This document shows, one piece after another, positions 63,885 to 64,000 of a DNA stretch of 64,000 nucleotides. Source of the stretch: an uncultured Acidobacteriota bacterium (GTDB lineage: Bacteria > Acidobacteriota > Thermoanaerobaculia > Multivoradales > JAHEKO01); contig CAVQNG010000005.1 of the NCBI GenBank assembly GCA_963713825.1, positions 64,001-128,000 of the forward strand, written 5' to 3'. The translations under genes and the position numbers were made by a program. Numbering within the stretch: the stretch's first letter is position 1; every line of letters begins with the position of its first letter. Under the pieces are notes generated by a model. The model was not told the DNA's origin. It did not search any database and saw only the letters and a list, made by a program, of their open reading frames with translations.

Positions 63885-64000
63885 TCATTCCAGGATCGAT
63901 TCCGTGACGGTCAGGCCGACATAGTCGGCGACCTCGGGGTCGTCGGCACCATTGTGGAACATATGCATTTGGGTTGGGTGCCCCTGATCGTCGAGGACGA
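63885..64000 (-). CDS. 3' end of an unidentified gene entering from the right edge
   Basis: Open frame ...MHMFHNGADDPEVADYVGLTVTESILE*, with the stop 4 nt before the next ATG. Confidence 0.55.
   Translation of the reverse strand, partial: VLDDQGHPTQMHMFHNGADDPEVADYVGLTVTESILE

Overview
High-GC bacterial window with no rRNA, tRNA, CRISPR array, integrase or transposase that I can recognise. The gene content resembles Acidobacteriota/Thermoanaerobaculia (inference). It holds ten Hanks-type Ser/Thr kinase genes (K1-K10) with beta-propeller or TPR sensor domains. Other genes: a DUF1302-DUF1329-YCF48-RND/MMPL operon, serine and alpha/beta hydrolases, an orphan TPP-dependent E1 alpha/beta pair, an ECF sigma/kinase pair, an RpoD-like sigma factor and a STAS protein. 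The most unusual signal is that eight kinases share one 5' motif (MIGxTLxH/QF/YxIxxxLGxGGMG). Truncated copies of this motif sit 0-4 nt after stop codons at 1692, 42265 and 52801, so kinase-containing units are bracketed by direct repeats. A 1031-bp promoter+kinase duplication with a swapped ectodomain, REP palindromes translated inside one kinase, and a heptamer tract at the frameshift of another also point to an actively shuffled receptor-kinase repertoire. Many scattered frameshifts, especially at 19-27 kb, look like assembly indel errors, so single-indel claims are tentative.
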